Of a stretch of DNA of 64,000 nt, positions 63,496 to 64,000 are shown piece by piece. The stretch comes from an uncultured Candidatus Saccharibacteria bacterium (lineage in GTDB: Bacteria; Patescibacteriota; Minisyncoccia; UBA6257; UBA11618). Numbering within the stretch: position 1 is the stretch's first letter; each line of letters begins with the position of its first letter. A model generated the notes under the pieces. The model worked only from the letters and a program-made list of their open reading frames with translations, made no database searches and was not told the DNA's origin. The DNA lies in assembly GCA_964362125.1 (NCBI GenBank), contig CAYICS010000001.1, positions 18,052 to 82,051 on the forward strand, given 5' to 3'. The position numbers and the translations under genes are program-made.

Positions 63496-63532
63496 GATTA
63501 GTAGAGATTAGTAGAGTATAGTAGAGTAGTTT

Positions 63533-64000
63533 TTATAACAATCCAAACCTTTCTTTCACAACTTTAATTTTCTCGTTGGCAATTTTATTTGCCAGTTTAC
63601 TGCCGCGCAGGGCGATTTTTTCCAGCTTTTCCGGTTTAGCCAAGAGTCGCGCTTTTTTGCGCCGGAACGGCGCAAAATGTTTAGTAATTAATTTAGCCAG
63701 CGCTTTTTTGAAGCGGACATAAGACTTGCCTTCAAATTCTTTTTCAATCTCCGGGATTTCGCGGCCGGTTAAACCAGAATAGATTGTCAGCAGGTTGCTG
63801 ATCCCCGGCTTGAGTTCCGGGTCAAATTTAATTTCCTTGCCAGAATCAGTAACCGCCGCCTCAATTTTTCCGGCGATGGTTTCTGATTCGTCATCAAGAA
63901 AAAGACAGCCAGCCGAGTCAGACTTGGACATTTTCTTTTCCGGATCGGTTAAGCTCATCAAGCGCGTTACCTTGGTTTGCAGCGGTTGAGGTTCAATAAA
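63533..64000 (-). CDS. trpS: tryptophanyl-tRNA synthetase (3' part; start outside window)
   Basis: MSLTDPEKKMSKS, AVTDSG, KPGISNLL. Confidence 0.92.
   Translation of the reverse strand, partial: FIEPQPLQTKVTRLMSLTDPEKKMSKSDSAGCLFLDDESETIAGKIEAAVTDSGKEIKFDPELKPGISNLLTIYSGLTGREIPEIEKEFEGKSYVRFKKALAKLITKHFAPFRRKKARLLAKPEKLEKIALRGSKLANKIANEKIKVVKERFGLL

Noticed and set aside
1-64000. UGA recoding (genetic code 25)
   Set aside because: Conserved genes such as ruvB, ruvC, mutM and polX end at TGA at expected lengths and have no internal TGA.

Overview
This 64-kb window is bacterial chromosome (genetic code 11) spanning the replication origin (jag-yidC-rnpA-rpmH <> dnaA-oriC-dnaN). Gene content and compaction suggest a Patescibacteria/CPR (Parcubacteria-like) genome; that assignment is inference. 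Left of the origin lie uvrD/pcrA, orphan secreted coiled-coil proteins, rsmA and an ~11.7-kb VirB4/VirB6/PrgI/pilin (T4SS-like) cluster with no relaxase. To the right lie a class A PBP, ruvC/ruvB/ruvA, a PilB/GspE ATPase, tsaE, a split polA, a sensor kinase, a four-helix-bundle gene, mutM, holA, a RelBE-like TA, rpsT, uvrB, murE, a beta-CASP hydrolase, tRNA-Arg(CCG), EndoQ, PolX, infC-rpmI-rplT, smpB/ssrA, MNT-HEPN, ileS and partial trpS. The most striking unexplained structure is a layered repeat system. (i) Degenerate 7-bp tandem arrays occur in core genes and spacers, several as inverted pairs, and one pair brackets the four-helix-bundle (Avd/IVS-like) gene. (ii) At least four families of 21-42 bp hairpin elements are inserted in frame into proteins and into tmRNA, sometimes inside heptamer arrays or inside each other. 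(iii) A ~38-bp ACGATCGT-centred palindrome family has four copies. Other observations: the tmRNA 5' end lies inside the smpB CDS; many core genes look leaderless while orphan cassettes have full promoter, SD and terminator; infC appears leaderless with an ATC start; there is a candidate ~165-nt ncRNA and an unannotated 41-aa acidic microprotein. All matches were made by eye and no searches were run.
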